DNA of 64,000 bases from Eledone cirrhosa (lineage: Eukaryota). The position numbers were made by a program, and so were the translations under genes. Of the stretch, positions 26,414 through 43,010 are shown piece after piece. The stretch covers positions 25,668,001 to 25,732,000 of the forward strand of contig OZ024750.1 of assembly GCA_964016885.1 (NCBI GenBank), read 5' to 3'. The number at the start of each line of letters is the position of its first letter. The first letter of the stretch is position 1. The notes under the pieces are model-generated. The model ran no database searches. It worked only from the letters and a program-made list of their open reading frames with translations, and had not been told where the DNA came from.

Positions 26414-27721
26414 CGCGCGTGCGTGCGTGCGTGTGTGTGTGTGTGTGTGTGCGTGTGTGTGCGTGTGTGTCAGTGTGTAACAAAACAAAAACACATCAAA
26501 ATATACATTTATAAATGTATATATATCAACAACCTACCTGTATAAGTCAATCTACCTGTCTCCCTAGGGACACAACGACTCTCTCTTAAGTCCACAGTGT
26601 AAAAACCTGTCTCTATACACTACAACAGACATATGCTATCTTCGATGGCTTTTCTACCAACTTCAGTAATCAGCGTGATGTAGTTACATCCCTTTACATT
26701 CTGAGTTCAAATCCTACCTAGGTTAGCCTTGCCTTTCATCGATGAAACAAAAGTACCAGTAATGCACTAGGGTCGATTGGCATTGTGCCTAAATCAGAAA
26801 CCGTTATTTATCGTGGCAGTATCGGTGGAGGGTCGGAAGCCATGGTTTGCAGCATAGAGTTACGTCCCTTTACGATCTGAGTTTAAATCTCGCTGAGGTG
26901 AGGTTAACTTTGCCTTTCATCCTTACGGGGTCGATAAAATAAAGTACCAGTAATGTACTGGGATAATTGCTGACCTTGTGCCAAAAGTAGAAACAATTAT
27001 TTATCGTGATGTAGCATTAATAGAATGTAGTAGTAGTAGTAGTAGTAGTAGCAGTAGTAGTAGTAGAAGCAGTAGTAGTAGTAGTAGTAGTAGTTCTTTA
27101 GAAGCATTACATGTCGGTCCCAATGGAATAAATCTATGATCAAAGACGTTTCAGCCGTGACCATCTCGCCTATTATGTTCTCCAGAAATACTGTTCTTTG
27201 GACATTATCCAATGTGTCCTTCCTTTTCTTAAGTATGTAGGATGAGATTTGAAGGAAATTTGACGGCTTTTTCTAGCAATTTGAACGACCACATAGAAGC
27301 ATCCTCATTTACAGGAAGTAGTAGTAGTAGTAGTAGTAGTAATAGTAGTAGTAGTAGTAGTTTAGACTCAGGTTGGCCTTAAGTGAACAGATCTATCATC
27401 AAAGATAATTCCAGCTGTGACCATCGGGTATTTTGTTTTAGGCATAGTGTATCTAGGAGCACAATCTCCAATGTGTCTCCCGTCCAAGTCTGTAGTGTGG
27501 TGTTTGATATTTCAGGTAAGCCGTGTTATTAGGAAGAGTCTTTGGTCGGCTGCTGTAAATGTCTACCTTGTTGGTTCTTGTTCAGTAAATGTCGGTTAAA
27601 AAAAAACAACACCGACACAAACTGTTGAGACAGAAACAAGAAAGAAACAATGGGTTTGTTTATCACCTGTAGATGTATAACTGTGCACACCTGAGAAAGA
27701 GAAAGAGAGAGAGAGAGAGAA

Positions 27722-27766
<45 letters not shown>

Positions 27767-27803
27767 TGTGTTTGTAAGAGAGTGAGAGATAGAGTAATAT
27801 ATA

Positions 27804-27854
<51 letters not shown>

Positions 27855-28527
27855 TAAATGAAAGGTATAGAAATATATAGTGTGAGAGAGAGAAAGAGTG
27901 ACAGAGATAGGGAGGGATAGATAGGGAGGGATAGATAGTGAGGAGAGAGAGAGGAGAAGAGAGAGAGAGAGAGAGAGGGGGGAGAAGAGAGAGAGAAGAG
28001 AGAGAGAGGTGAAAAAACTAGATTGATTGATTCAAATTAATCGGATTAAACGGCCATCTTTTCCTTCATTATTGTTTTTTGATTTTGTTATTGAAGCAGT
28101 TGTTGTTGTCGATGTTATTGGTGTCGTCGTTGTTGTTGTTGATGTTATTGGTGGTGTTGTTGGTGTTATTGGTGGTGTTGTTGGTGTTATTGGTGGTGTT
28201 ATTGGTGGTGTTGTTGGTGTTGATGTTATTGATGTTGTTGGTGTTATTGTTGTTGTTGATGTTATTGGTGGTGTTGTTGATGTTATGGTGGTGTTGTTGT
28301 TATCATTGTTTACGATATTGTCCTCTCTCCCCTCTCCAAATCCATCATCACAGTCGTGGTGGTCGTTATAATGGTCATAATTGATGTAATTGTTGTTGTT
28401 GTCATCATCGACATTATCGTTTCTTTCTTTCATTCACTTGCTTTGGCTCTTTTTTACTTTCGATCATAATTTCTTTCTTTAAATTTCTCTTTACTACTTT
28501 TACTCTATCTCCTCCTTCTCCTTCTCT

Positions 28528-28590
<63 letters not shown>

Positions 28591-29441
28591 AACAACAACA
28601 AATTTGTTTAAGGATAACAGTCTTTGGTGAATGTTGTGTAACTTTAGAAGAAACTTTTTGATACGATTGAACATAAATATCAGAAAGATGGCGGATAGTG
28701 AAGACTTGGAAAAACTTGTTCCATGTTGTCTACGAGACATCTGTCGCTACCTGGAGTAACTCTCTGATCTCTGAGCTACACACTCTATCGAGTAACATTA
28801 CACCAAAGATCCTTCGGAGGAATCTCATTTCGGCCGCTTGTATTAACTTTAAACTTTAAATTTATAAATTAAAACAATGAAAAACTAAAATCTCAAATAT
28901 TGTCCTAGAAATGGTATTTTATAACCAGGGAAAGAATTTATGCTCACCCTGTAAAATATATTATATGTACTTTCTATTAGTATTTCTATTCGCAATTGTA
29001 TTCTTTCGGTCATTACCAAACATTCATGACCATACGTAAAAGTTGGTACGAATACCGAATAGAAGATAGCGAGTTTGGCTTTTTACACCTACATTCCTTC
29101 TTATGATTACCGAATGCTAAAGCTGGCGCATTACTACACCAGCTCCTGCAATTCCTGCACTGATGAACACGACCCCGAGATACTTGACCTTCTCCACCCG
29201 CTTCAGTGGAACTTCATATATACACACACACACATATATATATATATATTAGAAAGTGAGGTTTTGTTTACAAAATGAAAAATAACCGAGGTGTCCTACA
29301 CGAGTGAAAGTATAAAGAAAAAAAGATGAAATCGAAAATGAAACTGGAATCTTATTAAAAAAAAAATATATATATATTTTTATATAACCAAATAAATATA
29401 TATATTTTTTTTAAAATAAGACTCCAGTTGCATTTTCGATT

Positions 29442-29750
<309 letters not shown>

Positions 29751-30136
29751 TATATATATATATATATATTTATATAATAAACAACAGAAGGCAATTATTC
29801 CATTTACCAGTGGTTTCTTAAGCTCTGTTACCTACATAGAGCACTCTTTTTTCCTGGACTTTCCCGACGGAATTACTTCATTGACACACATATATATATA
29901 TATATAATCTCGAAGATATTTATCGGTTCGTCTTTAACCTGTTTGTATTTTCGTTGTTGTAGTATTAATGTGGCGACATGTCTGGTCACATTATTCAATG
30001 TGTCACTATTACCTGACTTCTTGTGTTCACTCTGAGGAGAAATTTATTAATTACTCATCATCGAGTGCTTCGTGTCAGTCTTTGATGATTGAGTCTAGTC
30101 ACATACTTGCAGCTGCAACTTTGATTGTACACATTA

Positions 30137-30206
<70 letters not shown>

Positions 30207-30624
30207 AACGAGTAGGACCCCGACGGCTGAGCTCAAGCCGTTTCGACGGCTAATTCTGGACTAAATGAACATTTTTATCATAAAAATTTTCATTTAGTCC
30301 AGAATTAGCCGTCGAAACGGCTTGAGCTCATCCGTCGGGGTCCTACTCGTTCCTATTACCCACTCTACTACCCTAAGTATTGAGTACTTTGGTGCGTTAT
30401 GGTCCACCTGGTTCCTTACCACATTTCCTTCGTTATATGATGGATTGGCAGTATCGGTAGAGGGTCGGACGCCATGCTTTGACGCATAGAGTTACGGTCT
30501 TTGCCATTCTGAGTTCAAATCCCGCCGAGGTTAACTTTGCCTTTCATCCTTACGGGGTCGATAAAATAAAGTACCAGTAATGCACTGGGTAATTGCTGGC
30601 CTTGTGTCAAAAAGTAGAAACAGT

Positions 30625-30656
<32 letters not shown>

Positions 30657-30919
30657 CACACACACACACGCACAGCGTAGTGAAGGCGTGTGGCTGAGTG
30701 GTTAGAGAATTTGGATTCGCAGTTTTGAGGTTGTAAGTTCGATTCCCGGACCGGGCGATACGTTGTGTCTTTGAGCAAGACACTTTATTTCACGTTGCTC
30801 CTTCTACCTGGAGTTGCGACCGATAGATAGTACTAGCAACTGGAAAGACCGACGGAAACATTGTTTCCTCGGTCCGATTTGACGAAAGTCGATCGATAAA
30901 AATATATATACATCTATCT

Positions 30920-31015
<96 letters not shown>

Positions 31016-31129
31016 GCAATATATATATATATATATATATACCTGCAATATATATATATATATACCCGCAACCACTCCCTCTTAGTCCCCTTTAGATATT
31101 TATATATATACACACATATATATATACAT

Positions 31130-31198
<69 letters not shown>

Positions 31199-31387
31199 AA
31201 CGAGTAGGACCCCGACGGCTGAGCTCAAGCCGTTTCGACGGCTAATTCTGGACTAGAATTAGCCGTCGAAACGGCTTGAGCTCAGCCGTCGGGGTCCTAC
31301 TCGTTCCTATTACTCACTCTACTACCATAAGTATTGAGTACTTTGGTGCGTTATGGTCCACCTGGTTCCTTACCATATTTCCTTCGC

Positions 31388-31418
<31 letters not shown>

Positions 31419-31789
31419 TTTCAGAGAGGTATAAACACATGAAAATATACACACATACATATGTGTACATACATAGAGTGTGTGTTTACGTGTTTCTGTA
31501 TACATTCATATATTTTTTTGCTAATTTTAGATTTATTTTAAACGAAAGCAGCATAAACTTGGCTCGAATTTTCAATTTCTCCCACCATTCTGTTTCTGAC
31601 AAAGACGGTGAGATGGATCGATAGTATCGATACTTATAATAAGGAGTTACATAACTACTACAGATTGGTCACTACATCGATTTACCATGATCAATCAACC
31701 TTCTGAAACGATCGTAAAACAATGAACTGATTAAGCCCTAAACTTTGCCTTTTGTTTTCATTGTTCAACATATACATATAACTCTATAG

Positions 31790-32150
31790 CAGGCATGTGA
31801 AACATGAGTCCCGCGGGCCACATGCGGCTCTTTACAAGCACACCTGCGGCCTGCAAAAATGTTTTTACAGCGCGAACGTAATATAAAATAAAAAATTTTA
31901 GTTGTAATGTGGGCAATTAGTTGTCATGTGTGGCCCTCAGACAATACATATGTGACCCATGTGGCCCTCAGACAACACATGTGTGACCCATGTGGCCCTC
32001 AGACAACATATATGTGATCTATGTGGCCCTCGGGGAACTCTCAGTTTGATATGCCTGGTGTGATCTATGTGACCCTCGGGGGGACCCTCAGTTTGACATG
32101 CCTGGTGTGATCCATGTGACCCTCGGGGGCCCCTCAGTTTGATATGCCTG
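31790..32150. mobile_element. hAT-type MITE (CAGGCATGTGAAAC...GTTTGATATGCCTG) with triplicated right end
   Basis: TIRs and TSD-like 8-mers ctctatag / ttctctag. Confidence 0.7.
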
Positions 32151-32709
32151 TTCTCTAGAACGTTTGGATACTCAACAAAATACAATGTGATGAAAACATA
32201 CAACAAAACCAAAAACTCATCAGCTGACCTCGTTGGAATTATAACTTATGAGCTCATGAAGATCTATCTGTGTTATTAGCCCTGCCGTAGACAGGTGTGT
32301 GTGAGAGTGTGTGTGTGCGCGCGTGTGTGTGTGTGGGTGTGTGTGCGTGCGTGGGTGTGTGTGTGTGTGTGTGTGTATAGACAACCTGGCAGAATCGTTA
32401 TTACAAGATAGAATGTTTTGTGACATTCTTTCAAGCTCTGAGTTCAAATCTCCACGAGGTCAAGTTTACCTTTCATTCTTTCAAGATTGATAAAAAAAAA
32501 AAACGTTAGTAGTGGGGTCGTTTCTTCTTATATATATCTCCTTCGCACTTCCTCTCTATCTCTCAAACCCTCTCTATCTCTGGGAGTCTGGAAGATATCA
32601 GGTGTGTTCAGACCTGGTAAGGAGATTGGCTCCACCAGGTTTAAACATGCTCAAGAAACGCCATATGCCACTGCCGCCCCTCCCTAAAACTCCACAAGGA
32701 ATTACAGGC

Positions 32710-32744
<35 letters not shown>

Positions 32745-33073
32745 AGCTGTCTACAATCTGCGTTAACACCATCGATTTGAAACCGGAAAATTAATGTTAT
32801 CGGCACGGGCTTTCTATCAATTTGCTTAGCAACGACATTAAACCTATAGGCAATCAAGATAAACACCTTTGTGATACTAGAATAATTAAGATTATGTTTG
32901 TCAGGTAACCATTAAGAGGAGGGAATTATAATAATCTTATATTTGGAGGTGACAACCAGCCACCTAGCCAATAAACCAACATTTTAATGTTTAGGGAAGT
33001 ATTTCTTCCCGGCTATAAACTTTAAACTTTTTCTCCTCCTTTTTAACCCCCCTCCCTCCCCTACTAATACTCA

Positions 33074-33182
<109 letters not shown>

Positions 33183-33322
33183 GTGAGAGAGAGCAATAAA
33201 TAGTTATATAGATATGTCCATGTACACACACATATATATATATTGGGAGTTACCAGTTGAGAGTAAAAAGACCATTGTTCAGCTTACTTCTCGATATTTA
33301 AGAAAGTAGAGTATAGGGTAGT

Positions 33323-33370
<48 letters not shown>

Positions 33371-33758
33371 TATATAACAAAGAGGGTGTGGTAAGATACC
33401 AGGTGGACCAAAACGCACCAGAGTACTCAATACTTAGGGCAGTAGAGTGGGTAATAGGAAAAAAGAGTCAGGACCCCGACGTCTGAGCTCCGAAACGGCC
33501 GGAGCTCAGCCGTCGGGGTCCTGACTCTTTTCCTATATATATATATATATACACACACATATATAAATCAAAATGGATGTAGTAAAAACCTGTTAGACCA
33601 TTACTTAACAGAGTGCTGGATACTTGGGGTAGTAGAGTGTGGTAATATGAAGGATTCGAGACCCCGACGGCCGAGCTCCTGCCGTTTCAACAGCTAGATC
33701 AGAGTTCGGATCTAGCTGTTGAAACGGCAAGAGCTCAGCTGTCGGGGTCCCGAATCCG

Positions 33759-33816
<58 letters not shown>

Positions 33817-34713
33817 TAAAATAACAGATTAAAGTTTAAGCAAAGAATCGCTGCTTTCACCCTTAACGGGATCTTCTGAAACTAACAAAGTCAATCTGTA
33901 AACGCAGAACTGGATATTTCAAAAAAACGTTGCAACCGGGGGAAGACACGAAGACGATACTTTGGTTCACACATACAGATTCTATCAAATATTTCCTCAT
34001 TTCTTAACAATGAAACCATTTTATTTAAGATTTTATGCTATTTTAAGTTCCATTTAAGGATACTTAAACAGGAATGTCCTGGAAGTTTTAAACTGAGAAT
34101 ATATTTCATTGCTTAATTCTTATGGCTTACTTTTGTGAATGCAATAGTCTATCTTCCGTGTTTCTGTCGAGATGCACTGTGAATTACCTTTAACTAACAG
34201 ACTTTGCTTATAAAATATACTTCTGTATCTAATTATTGTAAACAACCTAAATCTATTCTAAGTGATGAATAACTATCTCGACCCTCTTCAAAATCCTCTC
34301 AGCCATAGTCGTGGGATTTCAGATTGAAATGTAACCAAGTCATAGGAATTTTGTTAGATATACAGTATAGAGTTGTTATTAATATGAGATGTGATCGGTG
34401 GATTGGCAGTATCGGTAGAGGCTCGGACGCCATGCTTTGCAGCAAAGAGTAACGGCCCTTTATGGTCTGAGTTCAAATTCCGTCGAGGTTAACTTTGCCT
34501 TTCATCCTTACGGGGTCGATAAAATAAAGTACCAGTAATACACTGGGATAATTGCTGGTGTTGTGCCAAAAGTAGAAACAATTATTTACAGATGTGATTT
34601 CACTTATAACCTATGCAATACAGTAAAACGGTTAGTATGTCTAACACGTAACCTGGTTCATCTTAACTCACATAATAAACTACACGGTATAATGGTTAGT
34701 ATATCTAATATGG

Positions 34714-35222
34714 TGGAGGCATGTGGCCTAGTGGTAAGGGTGTTGGACTTACGACTATAATGTCGTGGGTTTGATTCCTATGTTTCGTGTTGTGTTCTTG
34801 AGCAAAACACTTAATTTCTCGTTGCTCCAGTATACTCAGCTGAAAATGAGTCCCAGCAATATCTGGGGGTTTAACCCTGCGATGGACTGGCGTCCTATCC
34901 AGTGGGGAGTCTTGTACTCTCAATCGCTTCACGCCATGAAACCGGGATAAGCACCGCCCAAATGAGTCTTCTGGCTTAACCCTTTAGTATTCACATTACT
35001 CTATATTTACTATTATATTTTCATGGTAAAGGCTTTACCTCACATAATTATCTCACATAATATCAAATCTATGAGATTTTGAAAATATTTATTTTGAGAA
35101 CAATACCTTAACATCAGTTTGAGTGACCTATTACAGCCAGTTTCAACAGAAAGAGGTAGAGAATTCTGGCCGGTTTTGGCCGGTTTGAACATTAAAGGGT
35201 TAAGACAGACGTTAGACTTAGT
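34714..35222 (+). mobile_element. SINE family 2 with piggyBac-type MITE (34980-35199) inserted in its tail
   Basis: ctggcTTAA|MITE|TTAAgacagac, versus the uninterrupted site in the 1036-1300 copy. Confidence 0.85.
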
Positions 35223-36050
35223 TATATAACATGTATCATGGCTCAGTATAATGGTTAGTATGTTTAACACGTAGCTTGGTTCATCTTAAGTCACATAGTA
35301 TAGTAAACAGAATGATAGTATGTCTAACACGTAGCCTGGTTCAACTCCTCATATAGTATACTACATAATATAATTGTTTCTACTTTAGGCACAAGGCCAG
35401 CAATTACCCAGTGCATTACTGGTACTTTATTTTATCGACCCCGTAAGGATGAAAGGCAAAGTCAACCTCAGCGGGATTTGAACTCAGATCGTAAAGGGAC
35501 GTAACTATGCTGGAAAGCATGGCGTCCGACCCTCTACCGATACTGCCAATCCACAATGGTTAGTATGTCTAACACGTAGTTTGGTTCATCTCACACAGAA
35601 TACAACATGGTATAATGGTTAGTATGTTTAACACGTAGCCTAGTTCATCTCAACTCGCACAGTATACAACATAGTATGCCCAACACGTAGCCTGGCTCAA
35701 CTCCCATCCACTGATCTCCGCTCAAGGAATTTTATCCGTACTTTATTTATCGAAGGAAAATATGTGAAAGATAATGTTGAATTTGGCAGGGTTTGAACTT
35801 ATATCACAGAGAACCACTGTAATTGCTACAAGTTTTTCATTTTACTCTCCAATATACCTATATATATATAACAAAGGAATTGTGGTAAGGAACCAGATGG
35901 ACCATAACGCACCAGAGTACTCAATACTTAGGGTAGTAGAGTGGGAAATAGGAAAAAGAATGACCCCGACGTCCAGAAATAGCCGTCGAAACGGCTTGAG
36001 CTCTGCCGTCGGGGTCATACTTTTTCCTATATATATATATACATACATAT

Positions 36051-36092
<42 letters not shown>

Positions 36093-36093
36093 G

Positions 36094-36126
<33 letters not shown>

Positions 36127-36341
36127 GGTTGTTTTGGAAGCTTCTACACTGCAGGTGGGGTTGTAAATATTAAGCCTACACATTCTGTTGCCTTAATATT
36201 TACAACCCCACCTGCTGTTGTAGCGGCTTTGAAAGCAGCAAATTTTCATATTCCACAATACTTCAAGTAAACTACAACAATCGCCCCCCCCCCCTCTGTA
36301 TGCATACACACACACATACATACATACATACATACATACAT

Positions 36342-36423
<82 letters not shown>

Positions 36424-38344
36424 GTAAAAGGTAAACAGAAATAACAACACAATCGGTACAGTATATGCAAGGGATGTATTAGATTAACGCTTGATATAGC
36501 AGGAAGAGGGTTTTAACGTTTCGGACGGTCGTCCTTCATCAGAAGGAAGAATGAGAAATAAGATAGATTGAGGGGACGGGCGGGTTGGAATTGGAAAAAA
36601 ATGTCTTTAGATAAAAATAACAGGTCCATTCATGTTGACATCTCTTGCAAAACTGTTGGTGCTGGCGTTTTGTGTGTGATTTATTTTTTAGAAAAATGGA
36701 TGATGGAGCGCGTCTACCGGAAATTGAAAAAACCCCGAAGTTGCTGCTGTGATTAGCAGTTTCGAAATCGATTTTATAAGGCTGCCACCAAGCACTCAGT
36801 GAGACGATATCAATAAATCGATACATTATTCCTCAGAGTAATAAAAGTAGTCACACGCACATATATATATATATACATATATCCCCTTTCTTTAAATCTA
36901 TCAGGCAATGACCTCCACCCATCCCAATCACCACCCTCTCCTACCATCAGAAAATGTATAAATACCACCATATTACATTGATGATTTCCTCCGAATGAAA
37001 CAGTTCTAGTCCTGTAGAAGCCATTTCTATATTAAATATTTATACTCTGCTATATATTGAGTACCTTACTTACTGTGGTTACCCCCGATTGAACCCGAGA
37101 TAAACATATATATGTGTGTGTGTGTGTGTGCGTGTGCGCGCGCGCGCGTGTGTGAATGTATATATGTATATATACGTGTGTGTAAGTATGCATGTATGTA
37201 TATGTATATGCCTATAAATATAATTGTTTCTATTTTAGGCACAAGGCCACCAATTACCCAGTACATTACTGGTACTTTATTTTATCGACCCCGTAAGGAT
37301 GAAAGGCAAAGTTAACCTCGGCGAGATTTGAACTCAGATCATAAAGGGACGTAACTCTATGCTTCAAAGCATGGCGTCCGACTCTCTACCGACTGCCAAT
37401 CCATCGCCCTATAAAGGATGCGCCTATAAATATAATGACTGTATTGCTGTCCATATACCATGGTTGAACTTGAACACAGAAATCCTTTACAACCAATGTA
37501 ATATTTCAGCATCAGCCGTCTGAACCTATATAACGTAATGGCAGCGAGATAATCATCATCGTTATCAGCAGCAACCCCTCCGCCACCCCCACCACCTTCA
37601 CTCTATAATCTCTCCTGTTTAGTAGCTTCTCTCCTCAGCGTCAACAGATGCTATTTAGAAAACATCATTTGGCCCCCCTTATCAATTCACGGCTTAAACC
37701 AATAGATTAAAGTAATAAATTATAGCAAGAAAAACTATTTTATTTTATTTTATTTTATGTATCTATTTATTTATGGTACAATCATGATGTGTGTATAATA
37801 AATCTTGATGGTATCTAACTGAACTAAAGGATAACCTATTAGTGTGTTTGTGTGTGCGTGTTTATGTGTGTGTGCGTTCACTCACCATCAGCATAAAAGT
37901 TTAAATAGTTATATAGAGTTACTTCCCGTAGACTAGTTATGAAATTAATCTATGTCAGGCTGCTACTAACTAATACATTTTAACGTTGTTAATATTAACT
38001 TAGAAGTGACGAATTGGTAGAGTCGTTAGATAGAATGATTTGTGGCATTTGTTTCGGTTCTTTGCTCTCTGAGTTCAAATCCCACCAAGGTCAACTTTGC
38101 TTTTCATCCATTCGAGGTTGATACAAAAAGTACCAGGCTAGTACTGAGGTTGATTCTTCCTCTATATTTCTTTCACATTTTCTCGCTTTCTTTCTCTGGG
38201 AGAAATCTGCTGCTGTATTCAACTCTGGAGAGGAGATCAGCTCTATCAGGTTTAAAATACCCAAGAAACATTGTATCTCAATATGGTACCCCTATGCTCC
38301 ATCAGGAATTACTGGTTTAAATATATATATATATATATATCATC

Positions 38345-38742
38345 ATCATTCGTCGACTACTGTCGAGATGATGGATCTCACTCTCATGCTCCAGAATTCC
38401 CTGTCCCCCATCGCTGCCCCCAGGTCCTGTCTACTGCTTCCCGTATCCCTAGAGATAACGTCAGGGAATGACAGTTTCCTACTCCTAGTCAGGCTGGAGT
38501 CAGGGTTCCAGAGCAAGAGAGCGGATATGATTTCATTGCTGGCACGGTGACAGTGGCCAGCAAATTGAGCTCTCCGGGATTTTAGAAGGGCAGAGGCTCG
38601 AGGGAGTTTGCCATAGATTTTAGACAAGGTGGGATGTCGTTTCTAGGATAGGTTTTGCACTCTCATTAAGAGGCGGGTATATGTGCCATCCAATCTCCTC
38701 TCAAGTTGTGATGTTAGTGTCCAAGTTTCGGATCCATAAAGT
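38345..38742 (-). mobile_element. RTE/RTEX-type LINE ORF 3' fragment with (ATG)n tail
   Basis: LYGSETWTLT..LERRLDGTYTRLL...FAGHCHR motif; related fragment about 22100-22245. Confidence 0.75.
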
Positions 38743-38863
38743 ATATTAAAATAACAGATTAAAGTTTAAGTAAAGAATCACTGCTTTCACCCTTAACGGG
38801 ATCTCCCCTTATATTATCCTTATCAAGCCCTCTTCGGATTTTAGTCTTCACATTTATTATTAT

Positions 38864-38899
<36 letters not shown>

Positions 38900-39073
38900 C
38901 GAAGGAGGTGTGGTAAGGAACCAGATGGACCATAACGCACAAGAGTACTCAATACTTAGAGTGGGTAATAGGAAAATATTTAACCCCGACGGCAGAGCTC
39001 AAGCCGTTTCGACGGCTATTTCAAAAATAGCCGTCGAAACAGCTTGAGCTATGCCGTCGTGGTTAAACACTTT

Positions 39074-39160
<87 letters not shown>

Positions 39161-39250
39161 TTAATAATTTTATTTATAGTTATGTATACACTATATACAA
39201 CTATAAACAGGAAAGGTCAGTAATTTATTACTACCTTATATATATATATA

Positions 39251-39323
<73 letters not shown>

Positions 39324-40283
39324 AAATTAAGGAAGATCGCTCTATATTTCTTTCTTACTCTTTCTCTCACTATCTCCTTCATTGAAAGAAATCTGCTATG
39401 TTGAGATTTGGAAAGGAGAAGGGCTCCTCCGGGTTCATAATGTTCAAGACACGCTGTCAGCCCCTATGGTGCCCCTACGACTGCACCAGCAGATATGGGT
39501 CCATACATACAATACTATTGGGAAAGAATTACCTGTTTAGGTTTTCAAATTTCTTCATGTTTGTATGTATATATATATATATATATATTATGAAGAGAGA
39601 AGAAACATTTAGATATAATTAGTAATAAAATGTATCATACCTAAACTGCTCCTAAATTCCTCGACTACGTAGTTTCGTGGCATAAACAAAAACAATATAT
39701 CATAAAGATATAGAGTCCCTGCGAGGTCTGCCGACTTATCAAGAGGATACCTCATTTTACTAGTCTCGAGAACGCGTCTACACGACGTGAGAAAGAATCC
39801 CAAAAGGCGGAGGGGGAGATAGTCACGCGATATAACGGTCGAGAAACAGAGCTAAGCCTCTTATAACCCCGAAGAAAATACCATGGAGGCGGAGGGGGTA
39901 TTTATATCGAGGCCGTAGAAGAGGTGGTGAAGAAGGCGAGAAGTATGAGTAATGGAAGCTTTCCAGCTGTCCCCACACCTCAAAGATTGCTCGACCAGAG
40001 GGAGTTATTAACAATATATTTAGAAACACACAGATACATGCGGACACACACATATATACATGAATGCATCCGCACCCAACTGTGAGTTAAGGGTGCCAAC
40101 TTCACCGATGTTGCTCAATGAATGACTGGGACAGACCAATTCAGTTGAACCAGACTGAACCAGTATCAGAGTTAAAAATATATATATATTATATATATAT
40201 ATATATATGCCTATACACACACACATATATATATATATATGCATACATAACATACATATACATGCGTGTGCAAACATATATGC

Positions 40284-40336
<53 letters not shown>

Positions 40337-40723
40337 GAAAAATTGAACAGGGACAGAACAGAGAGGCAGTACGATAAATGTTTATTAAATTCACGCTCAG
40401 GAGAGTGGGGGATACATATATAAATATATATATGTTTGTGCAAGCATGTGCATGTATGTACATATGTACACACATCATTATATATATATGATAAATACAT
40501 ATATACATACTCGTCTAAAACTATACTTAAATATCTTCAAACCAGATATAACAAACAACACATTACTACTTGAGGTGAGACATATTGACACTGTTTGTAA
40601 TACAAATTTCAAACATATACCGGGACTCAAGAGCCACTTAAGTGGTCTTGCACGGAAAAAAGCACATCTAACGAGAAGTGGTCAAACTTTGAACGGGAGT
40701 AAATTTAACCCTCCTCCCCAACG

Positions 40724-40762
<39 letters not shown>

Positions 40763-41328
40763 CATATATATAATATAGTAAGTAACATGAATATAACAAC
40801 TTCACATTTAAAGGACTAACATTTATTACATAATTGACACGTGTTTCGCCATTCTACAGGCGAACAAGATCTAGAAATGCTAGTCCGATATATATATCAG
40901 ACCTGCCAACCTGTAAAAACCTACACGGGGAGTACCATGAAAAAAATTGAGATTTTACACATTGAAACCTATACCCATGTTCACAAGAGAAAACATATCT
41001 CACCCACGCCAAAGAGGGTGGGATATCTCCCCGTCAGACAGGGAGAGTTGATTGACAGGTCCTAGTCGAAAGACACTTCTTCTCCCCTGTCACTATGTTG
41101 TTGTGTTGCCTCACACACATCTTTCCGGCGGCTTGTTCTAAGCTGTTGTGTAACTTGAGCTGAATATTTTACAATACCACTCTTAAGCATGAAATTGCTG
41201 TGATAGCTGGCACCTTCAAAATTTGCGAAACATTCTTGCGATTCAAGGGATGACAATTTCTTTTCTTTTACAACCTTGCCACCAGGAAGGTGGCCGGTCA
41301 AAAATGTACTCGAAATTAAGACAAAGAG

Positions 41329-41436
<108 letters not shown>

Positions 41437-41985
41437 TTCTTTACAAATTGGATACGGATGACTCGACCATTCAAAATTCATTATATTTAGATTATTTAAA
41501 GGGCGGTGGATTGGCAGTATCAGTAGAGGGTCGGATGCCATGCTTTCCAGCATAGTTACATCCCTTTACGATCTGAGTTCAAATCCCGCCGAGGTTGACT
41601 TTGCCTTTCATCCTTACGGGGTCGATAAAATAAAGTACCAGTAATGCACTGTGTAATTTGCTGGCCTTGTGCCTAAAGTAGAGACAATTATATTTAGATT
41701 ATTGCTAAATTATTTATGGACATCCTCGATCTAAGGACTTGTATCAGAGGTCGAGGTAGTGACGTTTAATAAAGTTATCACAAACCACATTGTATATTAA
41801 TTACTTCTCCAACTTCAATCTTGGTTGGTAAGGTTTTGGTTAAGTTGTAATATATCACCCTACTTTATTTGTAGCAAACCTTCACGTCTGCTTCATACTG
41901 TCTAATTGTCAGACACCTGGTGTCATATTGTGGTAGACTGGTCATTCTGCCTGCCCATCCGTCCATCTACCTACCTACCTCACTG

Positions 41986-42018
<33 letters not shown>

Positions 42019-42030
42019 TTATCTATCTAT

Positions 42031-42885
42031 ATGCGACGAGGCGCTCGGTGAAACTCTAGGCGTAGAGGAAGATGAACTGGCCAGTCTGTTCGGTAGGACC
42101 TTCCGCCCGGGACCGATGGACAACTTCCAAAAGTCCCTGGCCTGGCAGTGCTACCGAGGAGCTCTACCAGTTCGAGACAAGCTCTACAGACATGGGCGCC
42201 CGGGCAGGGACCCTGCAAAAAAGATTTGTCAGAGGTGCGTGCGAGACGAAGAAACCGTCGCGCACGCATTCATACACTGCCCGGGCGTCACTGACCTGTG
42301 GGGCTATGTAGAACGACTATTGTCGCGGGTGGGACCAATCCAGTTGACCACCGAGTCCATTGTCATGATCAAACAGCCACCCTCCTTCAAAAACGAAGGA
42401 GAGGCGGTTTTCCTTTGTGTGATAGCTATGGCAAAAGAGGTTGTATGGTGGACAAGGTTGAAAGGGCTGAGGTCAGACACCTTTCTCTCCGGCCAACAAC
42501 TGATTCTTTTTTTAAAATACCACTTTGGAAGAAGAATCAGGATGGAGAGAGAGGTGCTGTACCCCAGCAAGTTTTATGAAAGGTCGGTGAAAGTGGCGAG
42601 AATGGCCCGAGTGAATGGGCCTTCTCTCTATATCAGCCTGTAGGTTGAGGAAAAGGAGGAGGAGAGGAAAGGAGTACAAGCTCTTCGTACTCCTGGAGAT
42701 GAGGGTTGCACATTTTTTTTCGGGGGTATGTGTTACCCATATAAACTGTCTCCCTCTATTGGGGAAAATCGACTAACTTTTAAATTGCATCTGTGATAAC
42801 ATTTTACACGTTTTTATTGTATGTAAACTTCCCCCTTTGTATTTGTCCCCTTCTTTTGTGCCCCTGTGGCTAATAAAGAAATATA
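42031..42885 (+). mobile_element. 5'-truncated Tx1/L1-type LINE: ORF2 C-terminus with zf-RVT zinc knuckle plus 3' UTR
   Basis: CQRC..DEETVAHAFIHC CCHC motif, stop at 42643, AATAAA end, embedded in (TATC)n. Confidence 0.85.
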
Positions 42886-43010
42886 TCTATCTATATACTA
42901 TATCTATCTGTCTATCTAATATATCTATCTATCTATCTATCTATTTATCTATCCATCCATCCAGAGATCCACCAATCTATTTGTCCATCCATCCATCTAT
43001 CTCTCTACCT

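Noticed and set aside
28027-28433. Thr/Pro-rich or Val/Gly-rich ORFs
   Set aside because: Degenerate (GTT/GGT)n trinucleotide repeat, open in multiple frames, no splice support
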